Source of the DNA: Candidatus Electronema halotolerans
GTDB taxonomy: Bacteria; Desulfobacterota; Desulfobulbia; Desulfobulbales; Desulfobulbaceae
Direction: 5' to 3'
NCBI GenBank assembly: GCA_942493095.1
Contig: OW818675.1
Location: forward strand, 2,580,001 to 2,612,000
Length of the DNA stretch: 32,000 bases
The notes under the pieces were generated by a model. The model searched no databases. It saw only the letters and a list, made by a program, of their open reading frames with translations, and had not been told where the DNA came from. This document shows, piece by piece, positions 1 through 7,349 of this stretch. Every line of letters begins with the position of its first letter. Positions within the stretch are counted from its first letter, which is position 1. A program made the translations under genes and the position numbers.

Positions 1-976
1 TGGAATCATTGATGAAATGAACTTCGTTAATTTCCCCAGCAGGAGTCATCCGATGCAAAGGCGGCTGATACTCGGCCAGCCCGGCCCGGATGCCCTCAAT
101 TGAGCAGCCAAAGGCCCGCGCCGCCAGCACTGCCGCTGCCGCATTATAAACATTGACTAAGGAACTGAGGCGGGTGCCAGCCAGCTCGTAGATTTCCGCT
201 GCGCCGTCCGGGGCAAAGCCCGGCTCCAGCCGCACCTGCTGGCCTTCGACCTTGGCCCGGCTGCCGAGCTGCGTGCCAAAACCAAGCACTTGACCTGCGC
301 CCGGCACGGTTCTGGCCATAACTTCAGGATCATCCATGCCGATGATGGCTGTGTCACCCGGTTTTTGCTGAGAAAAGAGATTGAGCTTGGCTGCCGCATA
401 GTTGGTAAAGCTGCCGTGGCGGTCGATGTGGTCGGGAGAGAGATTGAGCAGCAGGCCGATCTCAGGGCGAAAACTGCCTGCTGCGTCAAGCTGAAAACTG
501 GACAGCTCCAGCACGGCTGCTTCCGCTGCGCTTGGTTCCGTGAGAAAATCCAAAACTGGAGTGCCGATATTGCCGCCGACAAAGACCTTTTTGCCAGAAC
601 TGCGCAAAAGCTGGCCGAGCAGACTGGTGACAGTGGTTTTGCCATTCGAGCCAGTCACAGCAAGCACTGGCACGGGAATGCGTCCGGCAGCCAAGGCCAG
701 CTCGCCGAGCACCGGCACTCCTCGGCTGCGGGCGGCGGTCAGCACGGGCAAATCCAGCGGCACCCCTGGACTGACCACGATCAGGTCCGCAGCCGCGAAA
801 AAAGCTGCTGTGTGGCCGCCGGTCTCCAGCTCTGCCCCGCACTGATCAAGCACAGCCTGTTCTGCCGCAAAAATCTGCGGGCGGTGTTCAGAAACCGCGA
901 CCCGCAGCTTCTGCTGGTGCAAATAGCGCACTGCTGCCAGCCCGGATTTGCCCAGTCCGACCACAACCGCTTTCAT
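1..976 (-). CDS. murD: UDP-N-acetylmuramoylalanine--D-glutamate ligase MurD, C-terminal end cut by the window edge
   Basis: My own translation of the minus frame starting at ATG (revcomp of 974-976) stays open to nt 2. It reads MKAVVVGLGKSGLAAVRYL...LAVTGSNGKTTVTSLL (Mur ligase P-loop)...DHIDRHGS...FINDS (start of the MurD NDSKATN motif). It is absent from the ORF track only because it has no stop inside the window. ORFs 157-645, 290-1144 and 486-842 are shadow frames. Confidence 0.85.
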   Translation of the reverse strand, partial: MKAVVVGLGKSGLAAVRYLHQQKLRVAVSEHRPQIFAAEQAVLDQCGAELETGGHTAAFFAAADLIVVSPGVPLDLPVLTAARSRGVPVLGELALAAGRIPVPVLAVTGSNGKTTVTSLLGQLLRSSGKKVFVGGNIGTPVLDFLTEPSAAEAAVLELSSFQLDAAGSFRPEIGLLLNLSPDHIDRHGSFTNYAAAKLNLFSQQKPGDTAIIGMDDPEVMARTVPGAGQVLGFGTQLGSRAKVEGQQVRLEPGFAPDGAAEIYELAGTRLSSLVNVYNAAAAVLAARAFGCSIEGIRAGLAEYQPPLHRMTPAGEINEVHFINDS

Positions 977-1028
977 GCCCGCCTGCAAGACAATCATTTC
1001 TTTTTCCGCAGAGCGGACATTCGGTCTG

Positions 1029-1394
1029 TCAATCTGCAATTGCTATATATTCCACCGGTTCATCGCCCAGCACCAAGGAATCGCTGGTTTCAGCAAGGAG
1101 CATGTTCTGGAGAAAGAGCAGGCTGTCAATGGTCATGGCCGTAAATTTCAAGGCTATGCCCTGCTCGCTGACCCTAATCACCGTCCCTTGCGCGGTTATT
1201 TCTGTATTGCCCTGCGGCTGCTTCAGCCGGATCAGACAAGTGTCTCCGGGCTTCTGGGCAACGCAGCCATTGACAAAAATGCCGCCAAGACTGAGATTGC
1301 TGACAGCGTGCGCGCTGCTCTTGGTGTCGAAATCAAGAAAGACCTCCTGCTGCATGTCCACCCGGATGAAATGACGACGGTCTCTGCTCTTCAT
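1029..1394 (-). CDS. Single-domain PilZ protein (c-di-GMP receptor type)
   Basis: Carries the PilZ motifs RRHFIR (RRxxxR) and NLSLGG (D/NxSxxG). I prefer the ATG at 1392-1394, which is preceded by CAGGAG 6 nt upstream. The track start at 1451 has no Shine-Dalgarno sequence. Confidence 0.8.
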   Translation of the reverse strand: MKSRDRRHFIRVDMQQEVFLDFDTKSSAHAVSNLSLGGIFVNGCVAQKPGDTCLIRLKQPQGNTEITAQGTVIRVSEQGIALKFTAMTIDSLLFLQNMLLAETSDSLVLGDEPVEYIAIAD

Positions 1395-1563
1395 GCGCGG
1401 CTCCTGAAAGAAAAAACGTTGAAACAGGGTACTGGCCTTGCGTGAATCCATGCAACAATAATGCCGTTCCCCTGAAAAGGAAGGGCCGTTCTATCATCAT
1501 CAATTTTTTCATCCCATTCTGAGCAGCACCCATTGACAGGCTCAAGGTGCTGGCAGGGACAGG

Positions 1564-1598
1564 GTGACAAATTTTGTCAGCAACTGACAAAATTTGTC
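1564..1598. promoter_or_regulatory. Pair of 15-bp palindromes (TGACAAATTTTGTCA and TGACAAAATTTGTCA), candidate dimeric transcription-factor operator
   Basis: The TGAC half-sites start at 1564 and 1584, exactly 20 bp apart. Each has the form TGAC-N7-GTCA with an A/T spacer. The same architecture recurs at 31077-31111. The pair lies downstream of the PPIase terminator and 18 nt upstream of a possible minus-strand promoter for the PilZ gene (TTGAGC at 1540-1545, N18, CAGAAT at 1516-1521). Confidence 0.55.
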
Positions 1599-1622
1599 AA
1601 GAAAAATCTTTCAGGAGGTATG

Positions 1623-1655
1623 AAAAAACGCCTGCTCTGTTGCAGAGATCAGGCG
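1623..1655 (-). terminator. Rho-independent terminator of the FkpA-like gene
   Basis: The minus strand reads AACGCCUG-AU-CUCUG-CAA-CAGAG-CAGGCGUU followed by UUUU, giving 13 bp of stem plus a U-tract. It lies about 30 nt after the stop at 1688. Confidence 0.8.
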
Positions 1656-1687
1656 TTGGCAGGCAAAGCAACTGAGGAAAGACTGCT

Positions 1688-2362
1688 CTACTCTTCCTCG
1701 CTCTTGATGACCTCCAGCAGCTCCACTTTAAATTTGAGCAGAGATCCCGGCGGAATCACTGGCGGCGCGCCTTGATCGCCATAGCCTAATTCCGGCGGCA
1801 CATACAGCTCAAAAACACTGCCCGGAGTCATGAGCTGAAGCCCCTCAATCCAGCCGGGAATCACCTGCTTGACCTGGAACCGGGCCGGTTCATTGCGGCT
1901 GTACGAGCTGTCAAACTCAGTGCCGTCCAAGAGCGTGCCCTTGTACTGAACCTTGACCGTGTCGCGGACTGTCGGCTTGTCGCCCTTGCCCTCTTTGATG
2001 ATCTTGTATTGCAGCCCGGATTCCGTGGTCTTGACACCTTCTTTGGTCTTGTTCTCCTCCAAGAATTTTTTCGCCGCCTCTTTGCGTTCGGCAAGCATGG
2101 CTTGGAAGAGGTCCTTCTGGGCCTGTTCAGCTTCCTGCTGGGTCATCAGCAGTTTGGCATCGGGTGTGTAGCCATCCTTGATCGCCTGCTCGACAGTGGC
2201 CATGTCGAAATTATAGCCCAGCTTTTTGAGATAGGTGCCAAAATCAAGGCCAAGGGCATAGCTGAAACGCTGATTGTCGGTGGTCAGTTTTGCGTCATCG
2301 GCTGCCGCCGCTGATCCGGCAGTCAGCATCAAGGCCAACACTGCGCATGCTGCACGCTTCAT
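1688..2362 (-). CDS. FKBP-type peptidyl-prolyl isomerase with N-terminal dimerisation domain and signal peptide (FkpA/Mip-like)
   Basis: Signal peptide MKRAACAVLALMLTAGSAAA. The FKBP_N-like helix region is followed by an FKBP core: VKVQYKGTLLDGTEFDSS...GWIEGLQLM..GS...YVPPELGYG. Confidence 0.85.
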   Translation of the reverse strand: MKRAACAVLALMLTAGSAAAADDAKLTTDNQRFSYALGLDFGTYLKKLGYNFDMATVEQAIKDGYTPDAKLLMTQQEAEQAQKDLFQAMLAERKEAAKKFLEENKTKEGVKTTESGLQYKIIKEGKGDKPTVRDTVKVQYKGTLLDGTEFDSSYSRNEPARFQVKQVIPGWIEGLQLMTPGSVFELYVPPELGYGDQGAPPVIPPGSLLKFKVELLEVIKSEEE

Positions 2363-2512
2363 AGATTCTCCTCTTCAGTCAATTCAAGCAGACATTGTCA
2401 ACTGGGCGGCATCAGGCCGCGCCAATTCCATGATAATCAGGTTCCATACTACCTGATCTGGCCGAAAAACAAAAACACCTTTTTCCAGCTACTGTGTTTT
2501 GTTGAGGCCTGC

Positions 2513-3043
2513 TCAGGCAAAGCAGAGACCGCAGTCAGGGCAGGCATTCTGCGAAGTGGGAAAGGTGCAGCCGCAGGCGGGACAGACCGCTGTGTCAGCG
2601 GCAGTGTCAAAGACCGCGCCAGCTCCGCCAAGGTCATGCTCATGCAGGGCTGTGGAGCGGATATGATCCTGCACCATAAAGGCCTGCACGTCCTCCAAGT
2701 CAGCGGCCCGAACCTGCACCGTCAGACTGGGGCCGCCGCAGCAGCTTGACCGGCAGCTTCCTTCCTCGTTGACCACCAAGGAGGGAATGCCCTGCCGCTC
2801 CAGCAGGGCCTGAAGATGCCGCATTTCCACCATTGCCCCTTTGCTGATGCTGACCAGTTCGTCATTGGGACTCAGCGGCAGACGGCGGGACCCTTTTTTC
2901 GCCTCGGCCAGCCGCTGCTGCTCCAGCAGGCTCTGGCCGTCAAGCAATGTGACCGCGCAGACCGCGCAGCGATCAATTTCCACCCGATACTCATCGCCGC
3001 ACTGCGGGCAATATTTCAATTCAGGATCAATAGTACGCTTCAT
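2513..3043 (-). CDS. Hypothetical protein with zinc ribbons at both ends
   Basis: N-terminal CPQCG...CAVC and C-terminal CPACG...CPDCG flank a central domain of about 90 aa that contains CRSSCC. I chose the ATG at 3041-3043; the track uses GTG at 3058. No family was recognised. Confidence 0.6.
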   Translation of the reverse strand: MKRTIDPELKYCPQCGDEYRVEIDRCAVCAVTLLDGQSLLEQQRLAEAKKGSRRLPLSPNDELVSISKGAMVEMRHLQALLERQGIPSLVVNEEGSCRSSCCGGPSLTVQVRAADLEDVQAFMVQDHIRSTALHEHDLGGAGAVFDTAADTAVCPACGCTFPTSQNACPDCGLCFA

Positions 3044-3061
3044 GCTGTCACAACTCACCCT

Positions 3062-4234
3062 TCAGTATTTGGCCTGCTTGTTCTTCTGCGCTTTATTGAG
3101 CAGATCGCCCAGCGTGCCCATTGATTTGGGCGCAGCATCCTTTGGCGGCGGAGTCCAGTTCTTCTCCTCCTCAGCCTTGGGGGTGTAGTCTTCCGGGACA
3201 AGGGAAATACGCTGCTGGGCCTTGTCAATGCTGTCAATTTTCACTGTCACCTGCTGGCCTGCCGAGAGCACCTCGCGGGGATGATTGATCCGGCGGCCTC
3301 CGCCCAGCTTGGAAATATGAAGCAGGCCGTCAATGCCCGGCTCCAAGGTGACAAAGGCCCCAAAGGCGGCCAGCCGTGAGACCGTGCCGTTGTGGACGCT
3401 GGCAGGCGCGTATTTCTCCTCCACCCGCTCCCACGGATTTTCCAGCGTGTCCTTCAGGCTCAGGGAGATGCGCTCTTTGGCCCAGTCGATCTTCTTGACC
3501 AGCACTGCCACCTGCTGGCCCACACTGAGCACATCTTCAACCCGCTCAACCTGGCCCCAAGCCAGCTCAGATATCGGAATCAGGCCGTCCGCGCCACCGA
3601 GATCAACAAAGGCCCCAAACTCGCGGATGGAACTGACCGTGCCTTCAACCTGATCACCCTCGTGCAGGCTGTCACGGAGCTGCTGCTTGCGCTCCTCGCG
3701 CTCCTCTTCCAGCAGGGCGCGGGCCGAGAGGATGATGTTGCGGCCTTTTCTGCCGAACTCAATGATTTTGAAGTCCATTTCCTGCTCCAGATAGGCCTCT
3801 GGCGATTCCGCCCGGTGCAGGCCCATCTGAGAGTAGGGGCAGAAGGCGCGCTGTCCAGCCACTGCGACCTGATAGCCGCCTTTGATCTCCGCCTTGACCA
3901 TGCCCTTGACTGGAATGCCAGTCTGAAACGCCTGCTCCAGCTCCAGCAGTCCAGCGGCCCGCCCGGAGCCGACGCGGGTGGTGAAGACTAATTCACCGCC
4001 GCGCTGGGTCAGGAAAAAGACTGGCACCTTGTCGCCGACATTGACAGTCAGTTCGCCGTCTTCATTATGGCATTCGGCTGCGCTGAGAACCCCCTCGCTT
4101 TTGCCGCCGAGGTCAAGAAAGATGTTCTCGCCGCTGATGTCGGCAACAACTGCCTCTATCTTGTCGCCGGGCTGAAGCTGCTGGCCGGTGACGCTTTTTT
4201 CCTGAAACAGGTCTGCAAAGCTTTCTTGGGTCAT
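3062..4234 (-). CDS. S1 RNA-binding domain protein (four S1 repeats, Lys-rich tail), shorter than canonical RpsA
   Basis: Repeated S1 signatures: G..V.G.V..I...G.FVDLGG.DGL.H.S. The sequence contains GENIFLDLGGKSEGVL, VKGMVKAEIKGGYQV, VEGTVSSIREFGAFVDLGGADGLIPISEL and HNGTVSRLAAFGAFVTLEPGIDGLLHISKL. Confidence 0.8.
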   Translation of the reverse strand: MTQESFADLFQEKSVTGQQLQPGDKIEAVVADISGENIFLDLGGKSEGVLSAAECHNEDGELTVNVGDKVPVFFLTQRGGELVFTTRVGSGRAAGLLELEQAFQTGIPVKGMVKAEIKGGYQVAVAGQRAFCPYSQMGLHRAESPEAYLEQEMDFKIIEFGRKGRNIILSARALLEEEREERKQQLRDSLHEGDQVEGTVSSIREFGAFVDLGGADGLIPISELAWGQVERVEDVLSVGQQVAVLVKKIDWAKERISLSLKDTLENPWERVEEKYAPASVHNGTVSRLAAFGAFVTLEPGIDGLLHISKLGGGRRINHPREVLSAGQQVTVKIDSIDKAQQRISLVPEDYTPKAEEEKNWTPPPKDAAPKSMGTLGDLLNKAQKNKQAKY

Positions 4235-4260
4235 GGTAAATACTGAGCAAATATAAGATT

Positions 4261-4277
4261 GATAGCTTATAGCTATC
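4261..4277. repeat. Palindrome GATAGCT-TAT-AGCTATC
   Basis: Perfect 7-bp arms with a 3-nt centre. It sits 3 nt after the stop of the A+T-rich ORF and 27 nt upstream of the S1 gene ATG. Confidence 0.6.
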
Positions 4278-4279
4278 CG

Positions 4280-4861
4280 TCATTTAGCACTAAGCTGTTT
4301 AATTAACAGAAAAATAAACGGCAAAATAACAACAAACGCAAAAAATAACTTGTCAAGTGGTTTCTTGCGAGCAAGGAGGCTAGCAATTATAACGGATCCA
4401 GAGATAAATGCAGAAAATAAAATTGTAATAGAAAATAATTTTAGCAATTCAGGTTCTTGTCTGCAAACAGCGCAGCAAAGAATAAAGAGTCCATAACCAA
4501 GCACAAAAGAAACTATAGAACTTCCAATTTGGTTAAGCCTGTACCCAGTATGATCTACAATATCTTTTAAAGAATCAGAAGAAGTCCTTTTTGGGAGGCA
4601 ATTAACTATTGTACCAAGGAGAACATAAATAGTAAATATAAGGCCAAAAGAATTTGCTGGCAAAAAATCAAAAAGAATTTTTAAACCTATTTTTTGAAGA
4701 TCAGCTATTCCAAACAATTGAAATATCCATCTTAACCAGATACAGTTAATTTTGACTATCGACATCAAAGCAGTAATAAAACCGCAAAATCCGAAAAAAA
4801 GAATATCTTTCTTGATTTCTTCTACAAGAAGGTCTATTGATTTTTTTAGATCATTATTCAT
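4280..4861 (-). CDS. Orphan polytopic membrane protein encoded in an A+T-rich island
   Basis: A 193-aa ORF (ATG at 4859-4861) with about 5 hydrophobic segments. No family was recognised. Hand counts of G+C are 24/60 at 4321-4380 and 14/60 at 4381-4440, against 35/60 at 4141-4200 and 37/60 at 4871-4930 in the flanks. Confidence 0.6.
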   Translation of the reverse strand: MNNDLKKSIDLLVEEIKKDILFFGFCGFITALMSIVKINCIWLRWIFQLFGIADLQKIGLKILFDFLPANSFGLIFTIYVLLGTIVNCLPKRTSSDSLKDIVDHTGYRLNQIGSSIVSFVLGYGLFILCCAVCRQEPELLKLFSITILFSAFISGSVIIASLLARKKPLDKLFFAFVVILPFIFLLIKQLSAK

Positions 4862-4863
4862 CA

Positions 4864-5553
4864 CTACTGCCGCACCACCTCAGTTCCTTGCGGCACATTC
4901 AGCCGGACAAGCTCCTCTTCCACCTTGGCGGAATTCGCAGGAAAGGTATTGAACTTGATATTGCTGAATTCCAATTTGGTCAGCGTGTCAAAATGATCTT
5001 CCAACACGAGCTGCCGAATCACCGAATTCTTGTCAAACCAGCAATGCACACTCTTGATCTGTCCATGCGGCTTTTTGGGCACCAGCTTGACAACATACAG
5101 ACCATTGCCAGTTTTGGCGCGGCTGTCCGCAGGTTCTAAAGAAAAATCATCAAGCAGATTGCCCTTACCTGCAAAAAGGGAATAGGTGATGTCAGATTCC
5201 AGCTCTTTGGCTGAGGAAACCAAGAGCTGCTTGTCCTTCTCGTTGTAAATGGAGAGCTGCTTGCCGTCATTGACAATAATCTGCACATCCGGGGCCATGT
5301 AGTTCCAGCGCATGATGCCTGCGCGAATAGGCGCGGGCCGGTAGAAAATGCAGTTGCCTGCGCCATGCCGGGCACGTCCGCCGCTGCCGGTGGTCTGCCG
5401 GAAATTGAAGCTGAGACTGGTCAGGCTGCGGTAGCGTTGCTGCACAGCTTCAACCTGAGGCCGCAGGTCAGCCTGCGCCGCGTTCGCAGTGGTCAGGCAG
5501 CAGAACAGGAAAAGAAAAATAATCTTGAAAATACGGGGTAATACTTCAGACAT
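4864..5553 (-). CDS. lolA: Outer-membrane lipoprotein carrier protein LolA
   Basis: Signal peptide MSEVLPRIFKIIFLFLFCCLTTANA, then a LolA-like body (F.Q........G.....G......P...RW.Y..P..Q.IV.DG....Y). The ATG at 5551-5553 overlaps the murI stop by 8 nt. I reject the longer track ORF that extends to 5691. Confidence 0.75.
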   Translation of the reverse strand: MSEVLPRIFKIIFLFLFCCLTTANAAQADLRPQVEAVQQRYRSLTSLSFNFRQTTGSGGRARHGAGNCIFYRPAPIRAGIMRWNYMAPDVQIIVNDGKQLSIYNEKDKQLLVSSAKELESDITYSLFAGKGNLLDDFSLEPADSRAKTGNGLYVVKLVPKKPHGQIKSVHCWFDKNSVIRQLVLEDHFDTLTKLEFSNIKFNTFPANSAKVEEELVRLNVPQGTEVVRQ

Positions 5554-6334
5554 CAACTTTTTCCAAATGAATGGGACGGCCAAAAATCCGGTCAGCAAGC
5601 CGCTGCACCGGACCAGTGCTGTCGGAAACAAAAAAGCGGCTCTGCCGCCCCTGCTCCGCCATATTTGAGCCGATTTGAGGATTTTTATCAAGGAATTCTT
5701 TCAAATGTCGGGCAGCTTCGGCAGAGGAGTCAACTAACCGCACTTTTTTGCCCATTCTGGCCTGAATCAGGCTGCCGAGCAAGGGATAATGGGTGCAGCC
5801 GAGAATCAGGGTGTCGATCTGCCGCTCACGCAGGGGATGAAGATAGCGGCGGAGGATCATTTTTGTTTCCCGCTTGTTGAGCCAGTCCTCCTCCACCAAG
5901 GGAACCAAGAGCGGACAGGCTTGGCTGATAATCTGACAGCCGGGCCGGACTGCTTGGAGACGCTGCTCATAAACCTTGGAACGCACGGTGGCTCTGGTGC
6001 CAATGATGCCGATCCGGCCTGCCGCGCTCACTGCCGCTGCTTTTTCTACAGTCGCGCTGACCACATCAATGACCGGCACCGCATACTGTTGCCGCAGGGT
6101 CTCGGCAGCCGCAGCCGCAGCCGAATTGCAGGCGATGACCACCGCCTCTGCTCCCTGACTGAGCAGGAAGTCCGTGTTGCGGCAGCTGCAGGCCGTGATG
6201 ACCTCGGTGCTCTTGGAGCCGTAAGGGCTGCGGGCAAGATCACCAAAATAGAGCAGCGGCAATTGAGGACACAAATCCTCAATTGCCTTGGCCACGGTCA
6301 TGCCGCCAACCCCGGAGTCAAACACTCCGATCAT
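5546..6334 (-). CDS. murI: Glutamate racemase
   Basis: Contains MIGVFDSGVGGMTV, ..ACNSAAA.. and ..LGCTHYPLL, including the two catalytic-Cys motifs. ATG at 6332-6334. Confidence 0.9.
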   Translation of the reverse strand: MIGVFDSGVGGMTVAKAIEDLCPQLPLLYFGDLARSPYGSKSTEVITACSCRNTDFLLSQGAEAVVIACNSAAAAAAETLRQQYAVPVIDVVSATVEKAAAVSAAGRIGIIGTRATVRSKVYEQRLQAVRPGCQIISQACPLLVPLVEEDWLNKRETKMILRRYLHPLRERQIDTLILGCTHYPLLGSLIQARMGKKVRLVDSSAEAARHLKEFLDKNPQIGSNMAEQGRQSRFFVSDSTGPVQRLADRIFGRPIHLEKVDV

Positions 6335-6344
6335 GCGGAACAGC

Positions 6345-6785
6345 TCAGGCGGACTTCTTTTTCTTTCCAGCCCGCTCGGCAATGGACTTGCGCAGATTCG
6401 GATGAATGCCGCGCTCCTTGCTGGCTGCTGAACGCTCATCAGACAACGCCTTGGCGCAGAGCGACTGACGGCTGGGGAAGCCGTACTTTTTCCGATATTC
6501 GCGGGCAGTCATGCCATGCGACTTCAAATGTTTGGTCAGCATTTTAAAAGACTGGCCGCATTCCAAGCAGATAATTTTATTTTTCTGAATGGAGCGTTTC
6601 GGCTCAATGTCCGGCTTGCCTTCCCTGTCATCAGCCGCGCAGCCGCTGACCTCAGCCTCCTGCAGGCCCTTGAGCGTCTGATAGGTTTCATGCAAAGCCG
6701 CGTTGATTTCCTCTTTGCTCATGCTCGAACCGCTGATATGGGACTGAACGATTTCAGCAGTCATTTCAACTAATGTTTTGCTCAT
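6345..6785 (-). CDS. MucR/Ros family zinc-finger transcriptional regulator
   Basis: Contains CLECGQSFKMLTKHLKSHGMTAREYRKKYGFP, the Ros/MucR C2H2-like core, plus an N-terminal LVEMTAEIVQSHIS. GGAG lies 7 nt upstream of the ATG. Confidence 0.85.
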   Translation of the reverse strand: MSKTLVEMTAEIVQSHISGSSMSKEEINAALHETYQTLKGLQEAEVSGCAADDREGKPDIEPKRSIQKNKIICLECGQSFKMLTKHLKSHGMTAREYRKKYGFPSRQSLCAKALSDERSAASKERGIHPNLRKSIAERAGKKKKSA

Positions 6786-6816
6786 GTCGAACTCCAGAAA
6801 AAAAATATGGGTTGAA

Positions 6817-6861
6817 GGCAGGGGCGGTCAGAAACATGCAAGAGAAGCATTCACCCCTGCC
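6817..6861 (-). other. Extended hairpin in the mucR 5' leader
   Basis: GGCAGGGG (6817-6824) pairs with CCCCTGCC (6854-6861), with an inner ATGC/GCAT pairing. On the minus strand it is followed 12 nt later by T8, then the RBS and ATG of mucR. Confidence 0.4.
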
Positions 6862-7251
6862 CGTTTGAAAAACATCCTTCTGACATGACACCGTGCAGCA
6901 CAAAATCACGGACTTTGTCCTTCCTTCCCGCTGGTCGGAAAGCAGCGGGAATAACAACACTGGCCCTGTCCAAGGGGCGTTCAGGCGGCGCAGATAAAAA
7001 ACAGCCTCTGACCTTCCCCGTCTGGAAGGAACGATTGTCTCTGATAGTACAATCAGAGAGCCGTATATTACCTGATGGAATCAGGCAATGCAATACTATT
7101 CAACAAGGCTGAAAAATATTTTCAGTTCCCAGATCGGGAAACTGGCCTCTCAGGAGGAAAAAGTCTGAAAAATTCTTTCTGACAACACAGTTCCGCCTGC
7201 CGTCTTTTCTAAAAAAACTGTGGCTGAAGGGCGGAGGCGGTTCTTTCCGAG

Positions 7252-7280
7252 TTGACAGAACGCCGGGGCGGCATTATTGT
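7252..7280 (+). promoter_or_regulatory. Candidate sigma70 promoter for the fmdB-like gene
   Basis: TTGACA (7252-7257), a 17-nt spacer, then TATTGT (7275-7280). It lies about 65 nt upstream of the ATG at 7350. Confidence 0.4.
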
Positions 7281-7349
7281 GAGCTTATTGAGCAGCTTGT
7301 TTTCTTCAACAATGTTATTCAGCAATTGCAGACAGGAAGAGGTGAGACC

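Noticed and set aside
290-1144. A 284-aa plus-strand ORF, together with ORFs 157-645(-), 486-842(-) and 540-845(+)
   Set aside because: These are shadow frames of the GC-rich murD gene. Their products are Arg/Ala/Gly/Cys-rich with no motifs, while the third minus frame gives a clean MurD sequence.
2451-2462. ACCTGATCTGG, identical to a conserved box of the TPP riboswitch
   Set aside because: The other TPP-riboswitch elements (CUGAGA, the GGGG..CCC helices) are absent. There is no downstream plus-strand gene, and the region lies between two minus-strand genes.
4864-5691. Long N-terminal extensions in the ORF track (lolA to 5691, murI to 6439, PhnD-like to 14787, ExeA to 24732, DUF4139 from 24716, HEAT-like from 11608, ykgJ to 19667)
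   Set aside because: The extensions overlap upstream genes or have no RBS. Internal ATGs give proper signal peptides or family-typical N-termini, and sometimes Shine-Dalgarno sequences.
6925-6951. A hairpin next to GGGAAGGAAGG (minus strand), reminiscent of the SRP RNA domain IV GGAAGGAAG motif
   Set aside because: There is no GGAA tetraloop, no symmetric or asymmetric loops, and no ~100-nt helix with a paired 5'/3' end. The resemblance is limited to a purine run.
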